Of a DNA stretch of 64,000 bases, positions 1 through 14,394 are shown piece by piece; positions within the stretch are counted from its first letter, which is position 1; each line of letters starts with the position of its first letter. A program made the position numbers and the translations under genes. This DNA comes from the human T2T-CHM13v2.0 reference genome, Homo sapiens. The notes beneath the pieces are model-generated. The model saw only the letters and a program-made list of their open reading frames with translations. It did not search any database and was not told where the DNA came from. Where the stretch lies: the NCBI RefSeq assembly GCF_009914755.1, contig NC_060928.1; one strand, 5' to 3'.

Positions 1-1895
1 TTCCCCGATTATCATTTTTCACAAAAGGTGATTGATATTATACCTATCTCTTTCCCTGTGATTTCAGGAAGTCTCAAAATCTCAACCAGCCAAGTTAGCT
101 GATCACTCCTACCCCTGCCTTATAATTCTAAAAAGGTGGATTAAGGTAAAGAATATTTAATTTCCTTAACATTTAATTTTATCCACATCCTTTTACCACT
201 TGAGGAAAGTATGGTGGCTTGACTGATTTAATGTGTTGCATTAAACAACTATTCTAATGATAATAAGTCTTTTATTATGAATCTAACATTTCTGGCACAG
301 AATCAGACACAAAGGACTTTTGAGGAACCTTACTATTCAAATGGTCTGAGAGATATTAAAAAAATAATTACAGTACAATGGATTGCATGTGCATATCTAC
401 AAAGAGATAAGTAAAAAGGAATGGGGAATTGGATGCACTAAATGCTACAGAGGACAGACATTTATGCTAAGAGATCACCAAGCAGAGAAATAATGGAAGT
501 CATTCCAAGAAAAAGAATAGCATTATTCAGAGACCTCGAGTTGTATAGCACTTGCCCCTAAAATGTATGTCTCAGATCTTTTCCATCTTCTTTACCCAGT
601 TCATCAGGTACCCAGATAAGTGACTTCACCTGCTGTCCTTTTCAGAGACCAAAGGGCAGGCTTGCTACTTACGCTCAGCTTATGAAACCCTGGCATGAGT
701 TATTCAGATTTTAAATAAGCTATTCCTACAAAAGGCAGTAAATTCATATTACTTCTTCCATTGTCTTCAATTGCACCATAACATTTTGAATTAGAATCTG
801 GGAAGGATTTCTAATGAGGCACTGGAAAAATACTTGATAAATATTTGAGAATTTCTTCCTAGTAATATTTTGAGAAAAAATTGTAAAAGTGTTGTTGAAC
901 CTAAAAACTAGAGCGTGAAAGCGTATGATCTCTTGAGAGTTTATTTATGCATACAGGGGTTATGAGCTTTATGTCAAACTGCCTTTGTTAAAGAAAGCAT
1001 TAGGATAAGGACTCAAACATTTTCAGTTATTCTTGGTCAGACTTTAACATTGTGTCAGCATGCTTTGTTTACTATGAGCATTTACCAATTTTATATGAAT
1101 TAATCACATTTCCATTTGCCATGGATACTCCTGTTCCTTTACCCACAAGTTTAATTACTGCTTCTTTTTTAAGACAATATTTTCTGAAAACAATACCGGT
1201 CTCATTATTTAATGTGGAAACATTTCTTAGTTTTAGCACTTCTACATGTTGATTTGTCATTTTCATGACTTATAAATGCTTAGACTATTACTCTATAACC
1301 ATGGGAAGCTATTTCAAGTGAGGCCAGAAAATGGGAATACATATTCTCAAAAGAAAATAATTCAACAAGATGTTCCATTCATTCTTGCTTTGGACAAAAC
1401 ATTGTTATACCATATGACAAATTAAGAAACACTAAATTACAGTCTTGAAAATACATGTTTATCTATAAAATCTCTGACTTAAGTTCACATTACTTTTTCC
1501 CATAGCACAGATTTTAATGTAGCCTTAATGATATGAAGTGAGGCAGAACTTAGGCATTTAGGTGCTTTATTAAGAAAGCTAAGATTCAGGGAAATATTTT
1601 TAAACAACTTGGAATCTAATCAGTAAAAATATATTAAATTTTGAATCAAAAAATATATTTAAAAATATATTGAATGCAACAGTAGTGGTGCATATTTCTT
1701 AATTGACATATATTTGTTTCATCTAAATTTTCTCCTTTTGACATCCTAAAAGATGTTGGGCATCTATATAAAAAATTCATTCAAAGCCTTATCCTCACTG
1801 TTTTTCAACCTGGTAGTCACTGTGAGCTACCACTTTACTCCATTTCATTAATTCATTTCTTAACTCATGTCCTAGAACTTACCAACTAGGGCTAC

Positions 1896-2255
1896 TGCTA
1901 TGGTTTGAATATGTCCTCCAATGTTCATGTGTGGAAACTTAATTACCATTTTAATGGTATTAAGAAATGGGGGCCTTGAATAGGTGATTAGGTTATGAGG
2001 GCTCTTCTCTAAGTGGATTAATGCCATCATTGCAGGAGTGAGTTCTTCATAAAAAGGATGATTTTGGTTTTATTTCACTCTGTCTTGCATACTCACTTCT
2101 GCCTTCTGCCCTTCCTTCATCTTATGATCTTTGCCAGGTGCCAATGTCATTCCCTTGGACTTCCCAGCCTTCAGAACTGTGAAAAATAAATTTCCTTTTT
2201 AAATAAATTACTCTACCTGTGGTATTCCATTATAGTGCAGAAAATGGACTGATGG
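1896..2255 (+). mobile_element. MaLR solo LTR (MST family, MSTB/MSTD-like)
   Basis: Starts TGCTATGGTTTGAATATGTCC; contains CTTGGACTTCCCAGCCTTCAGAACTGTG..AATAAA and ends ..AAAATGGACTGA, typical of MST LTRs. Confidence 0.85.
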
Positions 2256-3239
2256 TTGCTGTAATATATTAAATAATAACACCCAAGTCTGTCATTCTCA
2301 AACCATTAGTTCTCATCTTTCATCTTTCTAGGCCCCTTATTTCCACAATTATCCTGTAGAAATGTTACGTCCCTTGACTCCACATTTGTTTCCATATCAA
2401 TGAGCTCCTTTCTGACTCTACTTTCTTCCTGATGCATCATTTCAACAACTTTCTGCCAATACTCTGAACATGCTCATCTATTTGTCCTTCTGATGCAAAA
2501 GCCCTGAAAATCTTAAGCATTTTTCAACATACAAAGCCTTACTTTAGATTGATATTTCCAGAAAAGAATTGGGTCATAAGTTAGAGATTATCTGGTTTTG
2601 GTGCTTTACAGCTTCCTTTCAAATAAAACTCTGTCCTTCAGGTAGTCAAATATATGAATGAGTTAACATTTGTTAGTGGCAACAAGGGTCATATTCAATA
2701 TATTTAACAACAGACCAAATGGAATAGGCACCATATTAAAAATGTCACCTGTTAAAAGCAGCCAATATCAGCTTTTATTGAAAGCAATGAGAAATAACTC
2801 CAGAAAGAGGTGGGGAGACGGAACAATAAAATAAAATTAAGGGAGGATACCCAGGTGGCTAACAGCCAAGAAAAATGCACTGAATGACAAAGCTTTTGAA
2901 TGAACAAGAACAAAGTCAGATCTAGGAATATTAGCAGCAAAAGACTGTCAGGCTTCTTTCTGGGTGCTGCCATAAAATGACATAGCTATAACCACTTTCT
3001 GCCTTTGTATATTTTCTCTCAAGATCAAAATTCTTTAGGTGGTAGAATATGGTTGTCCCAGGCTAGGCATGCTCCTCCCACCCAAATATCATGAACCAAT
3101 CACTATGGGCAGTGAGATGGGTTCCTTCCACTGGCTCAGCCAAGTTCCTAGGCCGCCCAAGCCATCAGAAAGGTGAGGGAATTTCTGGAAGATTGAAAAG
3201 GGATAAGTGGATGAAAGCAAGAGGCACTACAGCATCTTT

Positions 3240-4255
3240 TGCTGTCACTGAAAATTTCTTTTCTTGATGGCTTTTAAGGAGCCCTCTCCTTAGTATTATA
3301 GAGAGAAATCTTTGCTTCAGTTAGAGTTCAAGTTAAACTACAGACCAAAAAGCTCCTTGAAACTCTCCTTCAATTACTTTCCAGATTGACCACTTTCCAC
3401 TGGCTATTTATCTATCTGTCTGTCTTCCTACTCAGCTTGGCGTGTAAATATTGGTACTTCCCAGAGCTTTGACCTTACTCCTTTTTTGTTTCTTACTCAG
3501 CAAACCTTTCCCTACAACCTCATCCACACCCTTGGCTTCAGCTTCCATGTATATGCTGACTCCTCAAACTGTAGCACAGATTAATCATTTGCGTTTTAGA
3601 CTCTTAAATGCAACTGATCTATTGAACATTTCCCCTTCAGATAATGTGGGGGAATTTCCCACAGAAAATTCAAATTTAATGTTTCCAAATAAAATTCACC
3701 ATCCTTCTCCCCTTCCATGTCATTCCTCTTCTCCTCTGTGTCATCGTAGCCTCATTCATGGCATCACCATCTGCTGAAAAATCCAATCTGAGAGCTTGGA
3801 ATCTTCCTAGACTCAACCCCTCTCTCAAACTCCCTTGTGCAATCCACCAGCAAACGATGGCAGTTCTACTCACTGCTATTGCCCCAGTAAAAGCACTCGT
3901 CATTTCTCCTAACATATTCTTCTACCTCCTGCGTCAACTACCATCAATATGTTTTCAAAATCCTGCTAGAAAAAAACTAAAAGGCAAATTTGTCTATGTC
4001 CCTTAAAAGGCTGCCTACAAAATAACATCCAAACTCCTTGGTCTGGGAAGCAAGATCATCTGAAGTTTGTTATCTCCCCCTCTATCTAGTCCCAGCTCTT
4101 GCCATCCCTATAAACCACACTTAGAATGCCAGCTGCACCAAACAGTTCTGTTTGTGGAACATGGCTGGTCATGTGCTTCCCTAGACAAAGACAAATCATT
4201 CTCACTGAGGCTTGTCCAAATATCTGTTCTGTACAATCAAATATATGTTGTTTTA
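3240..4255 (+). mobile_element. L2 LINE fragment, highly decayed
   Basis: Pyrimidine-rich strand with CTTGGCTTCAGCTTCCATGTATATGCTGAC (relic of the L2 RT YADD region) and CTTCCTAGACTC..CAATCCACCAGCAA; boundaries approximate. Confidence 0.65.
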
Positions 4256-4265
4256 CATTACAGTG

Positions 4266-4779
4266 GGTATTAGTCAGGATTCTCTAGAGAAACAGATCTC
4301 TAGAGAAAATAAGATACATACATACATATGAGACAAAGAGAAAGAGAAAGTGAGAGAGAGAGAGACTTATTGTGAAGTAAGATACTGGTTCACACAATTA
4401 TGGAATCTGAGAAATCCCACAATCTGCCATCTGCAAGCTGGAAACTCAGGAAACCCAGTGAGAGCCAATGGGGTATATTCCAGCCTGGGTCTGATGGCCT
4501 GAGAACTAAGAGTGCTGAGGTCAGGAAAAGATCAGTAATCCAGCTAAAGCACTCAGGCAGTGAGCAAATTCAACATTCTCCATCTTTTTGTTCTATACAC
4601 ATCCTCACTGGATGATGCCCTCTCACAATGAGCAAAGCCATCTGCTTTACTCAGTTCGCTAATTCAAATGCTAGTGTCTTTCCCACACACCTTCATAGAC
4701 ACACTGAGAAATAATGTTTAACCAGATATCTGAGTATCCCATGGCCCAGTCAAGTTGACATACAAAATTAAGCATCACA
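4266..4779 (-). mobile_element. ERVL solo LTR, MLT2 family (MLT2B-like)
   Basis: GTATTAGTCAGGATTCTCTAGAGAAACAGA ... internal (GA)n ... CCCAGTCAAGTTGACATACAAAATTAAGCATCACA is the reverse of the MLT2 consensus termini. Confidence 0.85.
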
Positions 4780-7700
4780 CTGAGTTTGAGGATATATATT
4801 ACACAACAGTATATAACTGGAGCAGGTGTTTTTATAATTTACGATTTTCCCATGGTGAAAATCTCCAGCATTACCTGGAGAATAGATTTTTACCTTTTTA
4901 CAGAATGTTACATTTTCTCCTTTCTGGATTATTATGTGGAGTGGTAGAAAATATATGAAATTTGAGAACAGATCTAAGTTCAAAAATATTCATTTCCCTT
5001 ATTATCTTTTATGAACTTTGATAATTTCCTCTTAGTAAAATATGGATGATATCTACTTTGTACATAGCTGTCGCGCTTAATTCAGCTAATAGGGATAATG
5101 CTCCTAACATCTCAGATGGAGTCAGAAGTTATAAACCAGGGACTATCTTTCTCCATGATGATTAGCAATGGAATGTCTAAAAAGAAATAAGAGAATAAAA
5201 TATGAGACATAAATATTTAAAGAGTGTACATTGAATAGTTGGAAACCTGAGAGAATCAAGCAAAAATTTATTCAAAACAGTAAGAATGTTTAAGTGGTAG
5301 CTAGCTACAAAATTAAAATATAAGTCAACAACTGTCTTGTATTTGAAGAATAATTAATTTGAAAATATTACTAAAAAAGACCTCCATGAGAACTAAGTAT
5401 AAAATATCCAAGAACATGTTTAAAAAGAAATGTGTATAATTATTTAAGAAAACAATGAAAGTCTGTCATATAAAATTTTAATATGTGGTGCCCAGCAGTG
5501 AGTAATTGTTTTGATGAATATCAGTTCCCTTCCTGCAAGCTTTAGGCATTACAGGGTACACTGAAGGCAACACTACAGCCCTTCTGCACAGCTACCTTAA
5601 GTCTTTTCTCATAAAGCAGATGAGGCAGATGTCATCAACTGAGAGACTGGAAAATGCCAACAATCTTATTTGTAGGGAAATGTCAATAAATAAAAATTTA
5701 ATGTGGAAACCAGTTAAAAGGCCCATGAAAGTCATTTCTTACCAGGCAAGATCAAATCCTGAGATCAACTGCCTCAAATTGCCTAGAGTCGGTGATTAGA
5801 AGAGAAATATATAAAGCTTAGCTTTCAACAAATTAACTCTTCACATATTTAAAGACAGTTGAGGCTTACTTTTCTGAAAATGTGGGGTTTAAGAAAAAAA
5901 ACAACCCAAGCAAATAGAAAATGGTAGTTCTTTAGACTTACAGAAGAAAAGCATGCACCTGTTTAGAAAGTGTTGGGTTCCTTTTTAATTTTTTCAAAGG
6001 TTTAGGTTTGGTTTAATGACATGATCTTGATATTATTATGGTAATAAACTGCATTTGCTAACTATGTTGTATGAGATAATTATTGGTTGTTTTGAATCTA
6101 AAGTCTGAGAAAAATATTTAATCATAAGCTAAATTCATCATAATTATGCACTTTTTAGGAGGAGTTGTCATAAGATAGATTTGAATTTACATTGAGTTTT
6201 AGATTGGAATGATAATGATAAGCTTCCTAAAGGTGGCTGGAAATTTGTCCTCTTCATAGATCAATCACTTTTTACACTGCAGTGACAATTTCATTTTTGT
6301 TCAAAGGCTTTTGTAACAGAGTCTGTTATTTCTCTTGCAACGTTTGTTATCTCTTTTTTCCCTAAACCCTAATTCTTAGCTGGCCTCACTCCCAGTGGAA
6401 AAAAGATGTTTTCCAGCAACCGTTGAATTCAATGTGGACATATTATTAAGGTCAATCTGATGCCCTACAAATAAATGTCTTTTGTTTAACTTTCTAGAAG
6501 AGGGTTTATAGCCCTTTTGTCCCTTCTTTCCTTTCTGCTAGCTGAAAAAAAATTCTTTCACACATGACAGAGAAATAAACTGTTATTTTATTTAAGCCAT
6601 TGTTATTTTGAGTTACTGTATCTCAAGATAACTTAGTTATCTAAGTTGTCTTAGTTTACTGTCACTCAAGATAACAGTTCCAATTACAACAATATTTATA
6701 AAATAAATTAAAAAAAACAAGAAGGCTACCTTCACGTTAGGTAAAAAAAAAATTACCCAGGAGCTAATGATTTTTAAATCTTGCTGAGTGTTTTCTGGAT
6801 CCTATGATTTCCTGTTTGGTTTATTATCTAAATTGTTTGCATTTATCAGTTACTGCTGCTATGACTCAATCATTATAATAACATGATCGAAAGCCTCCTA
6901 TTTAATATCTACTGCAATGCACATTTGCTGCACTGATAATATTCAAGTCTGCCAAACAGGATAAGAAAAACAAATGGGATAGAAGAAACTCATAAGATAT
7001 GCTAAGCACAGTTAATGAATAATTTAGCAGCTTGTAAAGAAAGGAAAAGCTCATAAAGATGTGTTAGGTAGAGGTGGACAAATAAGTTAATTACCTAAGA
7101 AACGTGTCAGCCATAGATACAGTAACTAAAATGTGTGTGTTAAGCTTATATAGAAAGGGCTGGAAGAAACAGGATAAAAGTAATATTATGATAGATGAAG
7201 TCCTGAAAGGGTTGTAAGCATGTTATTCAGCCTTCTAGTTGCTCCTCATTTGCTACAACTAAGACTCAATAGCTTAGTTGAACTGACTTTTTATGTTACT
7301 CTTCTGAGAGAACACAGTAAAAAGCTCAAACACAGACAAAAGTAGGCATCCTGGAATCATTCTATGCATTGCCAGTTAGATGTCTGGGATGACCTTTGGG
7401 AATTACTCCTTTTGGAGAGCCTCCTTCATGTCTTCCAATACACACCCCTGTTCCTTGGTGGTTTATACTTTGGCTATGCCCAGTGATATACTGGACACTG
7501 TGTGTCAGTTCCACCTACTTGCTCAAAGATCTTACTTGTGAATTCTGTCACACAAACACTCCAATTTTCAACAGCTACATCTGTGCTCTCCCTTACCATG
7601 GCTCCCTACTACAAACTTCAAACTTCCAGAAGATAAGTGTCTGGGGAACTGACTGGTCCTTGAGCTTAAGGAAGCATTGTAGAATTAATAGCTTGCTTAT

Positions 7701-8091
7701 AATAAAGGTGACTGTCACCATCAAAAGAACAATGAAGTATTATAGCTCTGGATTCACTACTGAGCAAATAACAAAATGGATTAACTCTTCAGAAGAAAAT
7801 AACAGTGACAGCCTGATATTTCATCATTTCATCATGGCATCAATTGAAATTGATAAGGGTCTAAAACCAAATTTATCAATAGCTGGGTAGAAGAGATTAA
7901 CATCCTAGACATTAATGAATTAAAAATAAAAGTCAGCTGCTTTAATAATCCATGGACAGAAACAAAAAGAGATTTTTAAATGGGCCCAACACTCAGAAGA
8001 GTGTGAACAATGATTAATTTTTAAAAACATACATTTGTGTTTTTTTTTCACTTAGAAGAAATCTGCATTTGTCTAGCTCTCTAATTTTTTT

Positions 8092-8839
<748 letters not shown>

Positions 8840-9576
8840 TAAAGGAAAGGGCGGCTACCGGCATACCTCAGGTTTTTGTCAGAAGCTCTGATTTCCCTGC
8901 CTCTTTATTCCCTTTCTCCAAACTCTTCTCCACACTGATTCCAGATAACTCTTTAAACTGGCAATCTGATTGTGTCACTCCTTTGCTTAAAATTCTTCAG
9001 TGAGTCTTTACAGGATAAAATCTAAAGTCCTTTGCCTGATGAAAATCCCTTTGCAATGCACACTGTTTAACTTCAGGGCCTTCTCTTCCTTCTCTCTTTC
9101 CCCTGTTCTCTGTGTTTCCCTGTAGAGTGCAGTGGGAAGTCAGCCTGCTGGGTCTCCCGCTGGTGACGACTCCCAGCAGCACAAATGGCCTTGGATTTCT
9201 TCCACCCCCTTCCTTTTCCAGGCGTTTTCACTCAGCCCTGCCCAGAGAACAGCTGCCACTCTGTCCAATCCTGTGGGTCTGTCAGGCCTCTGCTGCTCCC
9301 GCTTCTCCTTCTTTCTCCTGGATCCCGATCTTTTCAGCATCCCCTCCAGTGTCCTCTTTCACCTGCCACAAAAAAAATAAAAACAAAACAAGCCCACATT
9401 TAAAACAAATTATTAGAGTCAGATATTTTCTCCTTTCTTAAGACCTAGAGAGCTTGTCGATTAAACAAATAAACAAATAAAATATCACACACAGTCCCTC
9501 AATCTCCATTCCCTTGCTCTTGGTGAGGGTGATGAGCAAGACAATATCTGCCTTGTAAATCAGCAAGACGGAAATA

Positions 9577-9690
9577 TACACATACATATACATATTCATA
9601 TATTCATACACATATACCTACATATATACTTGTACATATGTATATGTTTCTATGTATATATGTGTGTTTGCATATAGAATATGTGTATCA
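9577..9690. repeat. Degenerate (TA/CATA)n simple repeat
   Basis: TACACATACATATACATATTCATATATTCATACACATATAC... Confidence 0.8.
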
Positions 9691-10250
9691 TGTTACAGAG
9701 GTAAAAACTGTTATAAAATGGGAAGTTTTACCTTGGCTCTTACCAGAGAGTGATTTTAGGGCAAGATGCAACTTTCTCTCTCTCTCTCTTCAAACTCTTT
9801 GTGCCTCTCTCTCTCTTTGTGGCTCTCTCTCAGTCATTAATTTATTTGCTAAGAATTGTTTTAGCAGTAAACAAAAGACATGCAAAATTCTTCCTCTCAT
9901 AAAATTTGTGTTTAAAAAGGAGAGGACAGACAATACACACAAATAAATCTAGAAAGCCAGCAGGGTAAAGTGATGGGCAGCTAGGCAGTGACCATGGGGA
10001 AGGTAAGGGTGGTGATGGTGTTTGAGGTACATTTCTCAGGCAGCTCTCCAAATTGTGATTGAAAGTTTCCTCTGATGGTGGGAGAAGCCTAATGCATTGT
10101 TTGGTTTCAGTATAGCATTTCCTTTTACATATTTATTCATAATGTAACTTTTTTCAACATTTTGAAGCAGCTTACCACTTAAGCCCCATACTGTCATGTG
10201 AAACGTTGAAGCCCATTAAGATAGACCTCAAACATAAGAACAAAATAAGA

Positions 10251-10541
<291 letters not shown>

Positions 10542-10971
10542 GAAAGAAGAAGGTGGGGCTTTGAAGGAAGATGCTGACTCTGAACCAGCCCACCTAGACT
10601 AAGAGAGTGATTGCAGTGTAACAAAGGATCCCTAAACAGTCAAGGCAAAGGGACAGATGAAAGGGTTTCGAGGATCTTCATATTGAAGGAACGCAAGTCT
10701 AGCCAACTTAGCATGGTTTTTCTTAGTAAAGCTTTTCCATAACCAAGATTTTCCCTGGTTCTTTCATCTTAGAGAAATTCATAAATTGGTTGTTTTGGGG
10801 GGACAGTTAAACAACAGAATAAATAATGTTCAAAAATCATCTCTTTCATCAATCTTCTGTAAAGGCTAAAGGCATAATACTTAATTACAACTGTGTAGAG
10901 GCAATACGATGGCTTGCTTTCTGGAATTACTGTTTTTCTCATTATATAAATATGTATTAAGAAAAGATGGT

Positions 10972-12060
10972 ATACTTTTAACTTTCTACTTGGAAATAAT
11001 TTTGAACATGCAGAAAGTTATAAGAATAGTTCAAAGAAAACAAGGATCTGTTTTACTCAGATTCAACCATTGTTAATATTTTGTCCATCTGCTTTATCTT
11101 TGTTATTTGCTATCTATCTACATTTTTTTCTGAACTACTAGGAATAAATTACATACAACATGACCCTTTAACTATCAATGCTTAAGTGTGTATTTCCTAA
11201 GAATTAGAATATTCTCTTGCATAACTACATTGTTTTTAACATTTAAGAATCTACTAACACTATTGTCATTTTATCAACTGAACAAAGACCTGTGTAGCTT
11301 TTGCTTTGTTTTGTTTTGTTTTGTTTTTCAGTACTTTCAGTATAGGATCCACTCTAGGATCACACAGTACATTTAATTTTCAGGCTTCTTGAATCTTTAA
11401 TCTGGAAGAGTTTCTCAGCTTTTACTTTTTATAACATTTTTGAAGAACATTTCCTTCCAGTTAATAAAAGGATCATCACTTGGAGTTTTCCTAATGTTTC
11501 CTCAGAACTAGATTCATGTTAACATTCTTAGCAGGCATATTGATTTGCATACTCTTAGCAAGAGTGCTACACAAGTCGTTTTATGGTCTTCTTAGGATAT
11601 CATATGTGGAGACATATCATGTTCATCTATTTTCCGTGTTAATATAAATTTTGATCACCTGACCAAGGTACAGTCCAGCTACTCCAGTGTGTAGTTATTA
11701 TTTTATTCTCTTGCAATAGATAAGCAATCCATATGGAGATACTTCAAGACTGTGCAATATCCTGCTCTACATAAAAATTTTCCCCTGTGATTTATCACTC
11801 ATCCGTGATTCTTGCATGAACTGATCTTCATTGTGATGGTTGCACAATGATGACTTTCATACTCCAGCATGCCCTGCACATTCATCAGTCATCACTCACC
11901 TTCTACAATGACCAAGAGCCCTCCCTTCTCCCCAGTTATTTACTCACATATTTATAATCAGCATGTACTTATGGATTCCTATTTGTGCAAAGTTTCTGAA
12001 TTTATTACTATATTTACTTATTTTGATTCTCAAACTTACCAATGCTTGGCCTGTGAGCTC
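10972..12060 (-). mobile_element. Old L1 3' end (L1MC4-like)
   Basis: TTGGAAATAATTTTGAACATGCAGAAAGTTATAAGAATAG and TAAGCAATCCATATGGAGATACTTCAAGACTGTGCAATATCCTG match the reverse L1MC 3'UTR. Confidence 0.75.
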
Positions 12061-12127
12061 CTGCGTCTTTGTGACTTATCCCAGATGGTATATACTCCTT
12101 AATGTAATGCATGGTAGGACCATGAAA

Positions 12128-12285
12128 ACCAATGTTTCTCAATGTCTGGTCTCTCTTTGTCCTGCATATATCACCCAGGGTGCTTAACAAATGCAGATAA
12201 CATCTTCGTACTCAAACCTACTGGACCAGACTTTTTGGGGATGGGCAAACTCAGATGATTTTTATGAACAATAAAAATCAAAGTC
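12128..12285. mobile_element. hAT-Charlie MITE fragment (MER5-like)
   Basis: CAATGTTTCTCAA terminus; ATCACCCAGGGTGCTTAACAAATGCAGAT. Confidence 0.55.
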
Positions 12286-12313
12286 GATGACATAGATAAG
12301 GACAGAGAAATCT

Positions 12314-12800
12314 TATACCAGATGGAGTTACCAGGCAAAGAACACTTTTCCAAGACGAATGCAGTAGGGGTCAAAACTATTGTTACAAAGGATAGAGATT
12401 AAACTCAGCTCTGCTGAAACAAAAGGAGGCAGGAATTTTAAATGCTAGGGTGAGCTTATGGAAAAGTACTGAAGGATTTTAAGAAGGAAGTTGGTCAAAG
12501 TGATTAGATGGTTTCTATTCTCTAATTGGCACTTATCCTAGTTAGGTTCCTATCCTCCCATAGAGACTCAGAGATGGGCCCTATTTTTCTTGATTACGCT
12601 TAAAAGGAAGGTGCCCAGATCCTCGAGAAAGACATTACTGGGTTGGAAAAGATTTATATCTCAAAGGAGCAAACAAATAATTTACAATCAGAAGTTTTCT
12701 AGTAACTTCTCTAAAAGAGGGAACTTAGGGGCCCACAGTCAGGAAGAATTCTGTCTGAAGTTTAGCCAAACTGGGTGGAATGGTAAGGCTCTTTTGGCCA
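12314..12800 (-). mobile_element. ERV1 solo LTR (MER31-like)
   Basis: TTAGGTTCCTATCCTCCCATAGAGACT..GAGAAAGACATT..TCTCAAAGG..GTCAGGAAGAA..TGGCCA matches reverse MER31; 4-bp flanks ATCT/GTCT. Confidence 0.75.
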
Positions 12801-13849
12801 GTCTCCACAAAAGCAGAGACTAAGACTATCTTGTTCATCTCCGGATTCCCTGTAGCTAGCTCAGTTTCTACCCTGTTGTAAGCTCTCATTAAATACATAT
12901 GAAATGAATGAATAGATTAATTGTTCATTTTATGATCAGAGTCATCAGGGAAATTGTATTTTATTTGCAGAAATTTACTTAAACTCTGTAGGTGTCCCTC
13001 TGTTTCTTTAGGCAATATTTCTCAACCTGTTCAAACTCTAAAAATCTCCTGGAGGGCTTCATAAAAATCAGGTTCCAGAGCTGTACCTAAGATTTCACTA
13101 AATTAAAATGTCAGGAAGTAGAGAGGTAAGTATCTGTATTTTAATGCAATTTAAAAATGCTACCAGGGGAGATGATTTAAGCATCTATTTCCTTAACATC
13201 TCAGCACCATAGGATCATATTTTAAAAGCCTCAACCTGTATTTATTTCAATAAGATGTCAGGTGACTCTATTCAGCTCAAATTTAAAGAAAGGATTCAGT
13301 TGCCATTTCCAAGCCTGAGGGTGCCTGTGGTGTTATTGAGCACTGGTCTTAATCATACCCTCTTCTGCTGTAGCCTCCGGTTTTATGGGAAGCATAAGAT
13401 CAAGTCCTGCTGAGATTTTAAATGCAGCCTCCGCTACTGCTGTGTTCTGAAACCTAGAGGCGTTGAGCTAGTAGCATTTGTATCAATTACTATTAAAGTA
13501 AAAGTTTGGCACAACCACATCTCTTGAGTAAGCGTGTAATGAAAAAAAAAATCACAAAATGCTTTTCTCTGAACACATTCTAGATTCTATCCCCAGGATG
13601 GTGGGCAAAATTTCATCCTCGAGAGGCTATGACACATGTCCCTTGTTTGTACCCCTTGAAAACTAGTTGGAGAAATTGCCTATATAATTATTTCAACTGG
13701 GATTAAAAAGAAAAAATACCCGCTAATCAGTATCAATAATATAACTCTTACAGAATTGGTAAGAAAACCTCTAAATCTTGCATTACTGTGAAAATTAAAG
13801 TTTTATTCAAAAGCTGTAGGGATTATAATAAGAATAATTTCCACTGCTG

Positions 13850-14150
13850 GTTAAGAGCTTACTAATTTCCAAGCATGCCTCTAAGTAGTCCTTATGCATC
13901 ATCTTATTTAATAATCATAATGGCCACATAAGGTAGATAATTATTATGCTCGTTTTACAGATAAAGACACTGAGTCTCAAAGAGCTTAATTAGCTAGCTC
14001 AAGGCCATATTGCTAGTATTACGTTAGTGCAAAAGTAACTGTGGTATTTGCCATTTAAAAAAAAAGTAATGGCAAAAACCACAATTACTTTTGCACCAAT
14101 GTAATACATGCGGAAGCAGAGCTTCAAATGCTAGGAGCTGTCTTCAGAGT
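13850..14150 (-). mobile_element. MIR SINE interrupted by MADE1
   Basis: TTTTACAGATAAAGACACTGAG..AAGGCCATATTGCTAGTA core; continues after the MADE1. Confidence 0.75.
14019..14104. mobile_element. MADE1 (Hsmar1-derived MITE)
   Basis: TTACGTTAGTGCAAAAGTAACTGTGG..CCACAATTACTTTTGCACCAATGTAA palindrome with TA duplications at 14017-14018 and 14105-14106. Confidence 0.92.
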
Positions 14151-14174
14151 TAGCACCAACGTAATATTTTTAAC

Positions 14175-14394
14175 TGGTGGTTCTCAATCAGAGACAATTT
14201 TGTCCCAGAAGACATTAGCAAAGTCTGCAAGCTTTTTGTTTGTCAAAGGGAGAGTTAGAGGGTGTGTGTGCTATTGGCATTGTGTGGGTAGAGGCCATGG
14301 ATGCTGCTAAACACGCTGTAGTACACAGAACAGCCTCCACAACAAGTAATTATCCAGCCCAACATATCAATAGTACCAACACTTAAAAAACCTG
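14175..14394 (+). mobile_element. MER20 hAT-Charlie DNA transposon
   Basis: GTGGTTCTCAA..GGGTAGAGGCCATGGATGCTGCTAAACA..AATTATCCAGCCCAA..TCAATAGT..AAACCTG. Confidence 0.88.

Noticed and set aside
3451-4273. Several 68-108 aa ORFs
   Set aside because: Lie within a decayed L2 element
7396-7890. 164-aa ORF
   Set aside because: TTG start, no recognisable motif, composition like non-coding or old repeat DNA
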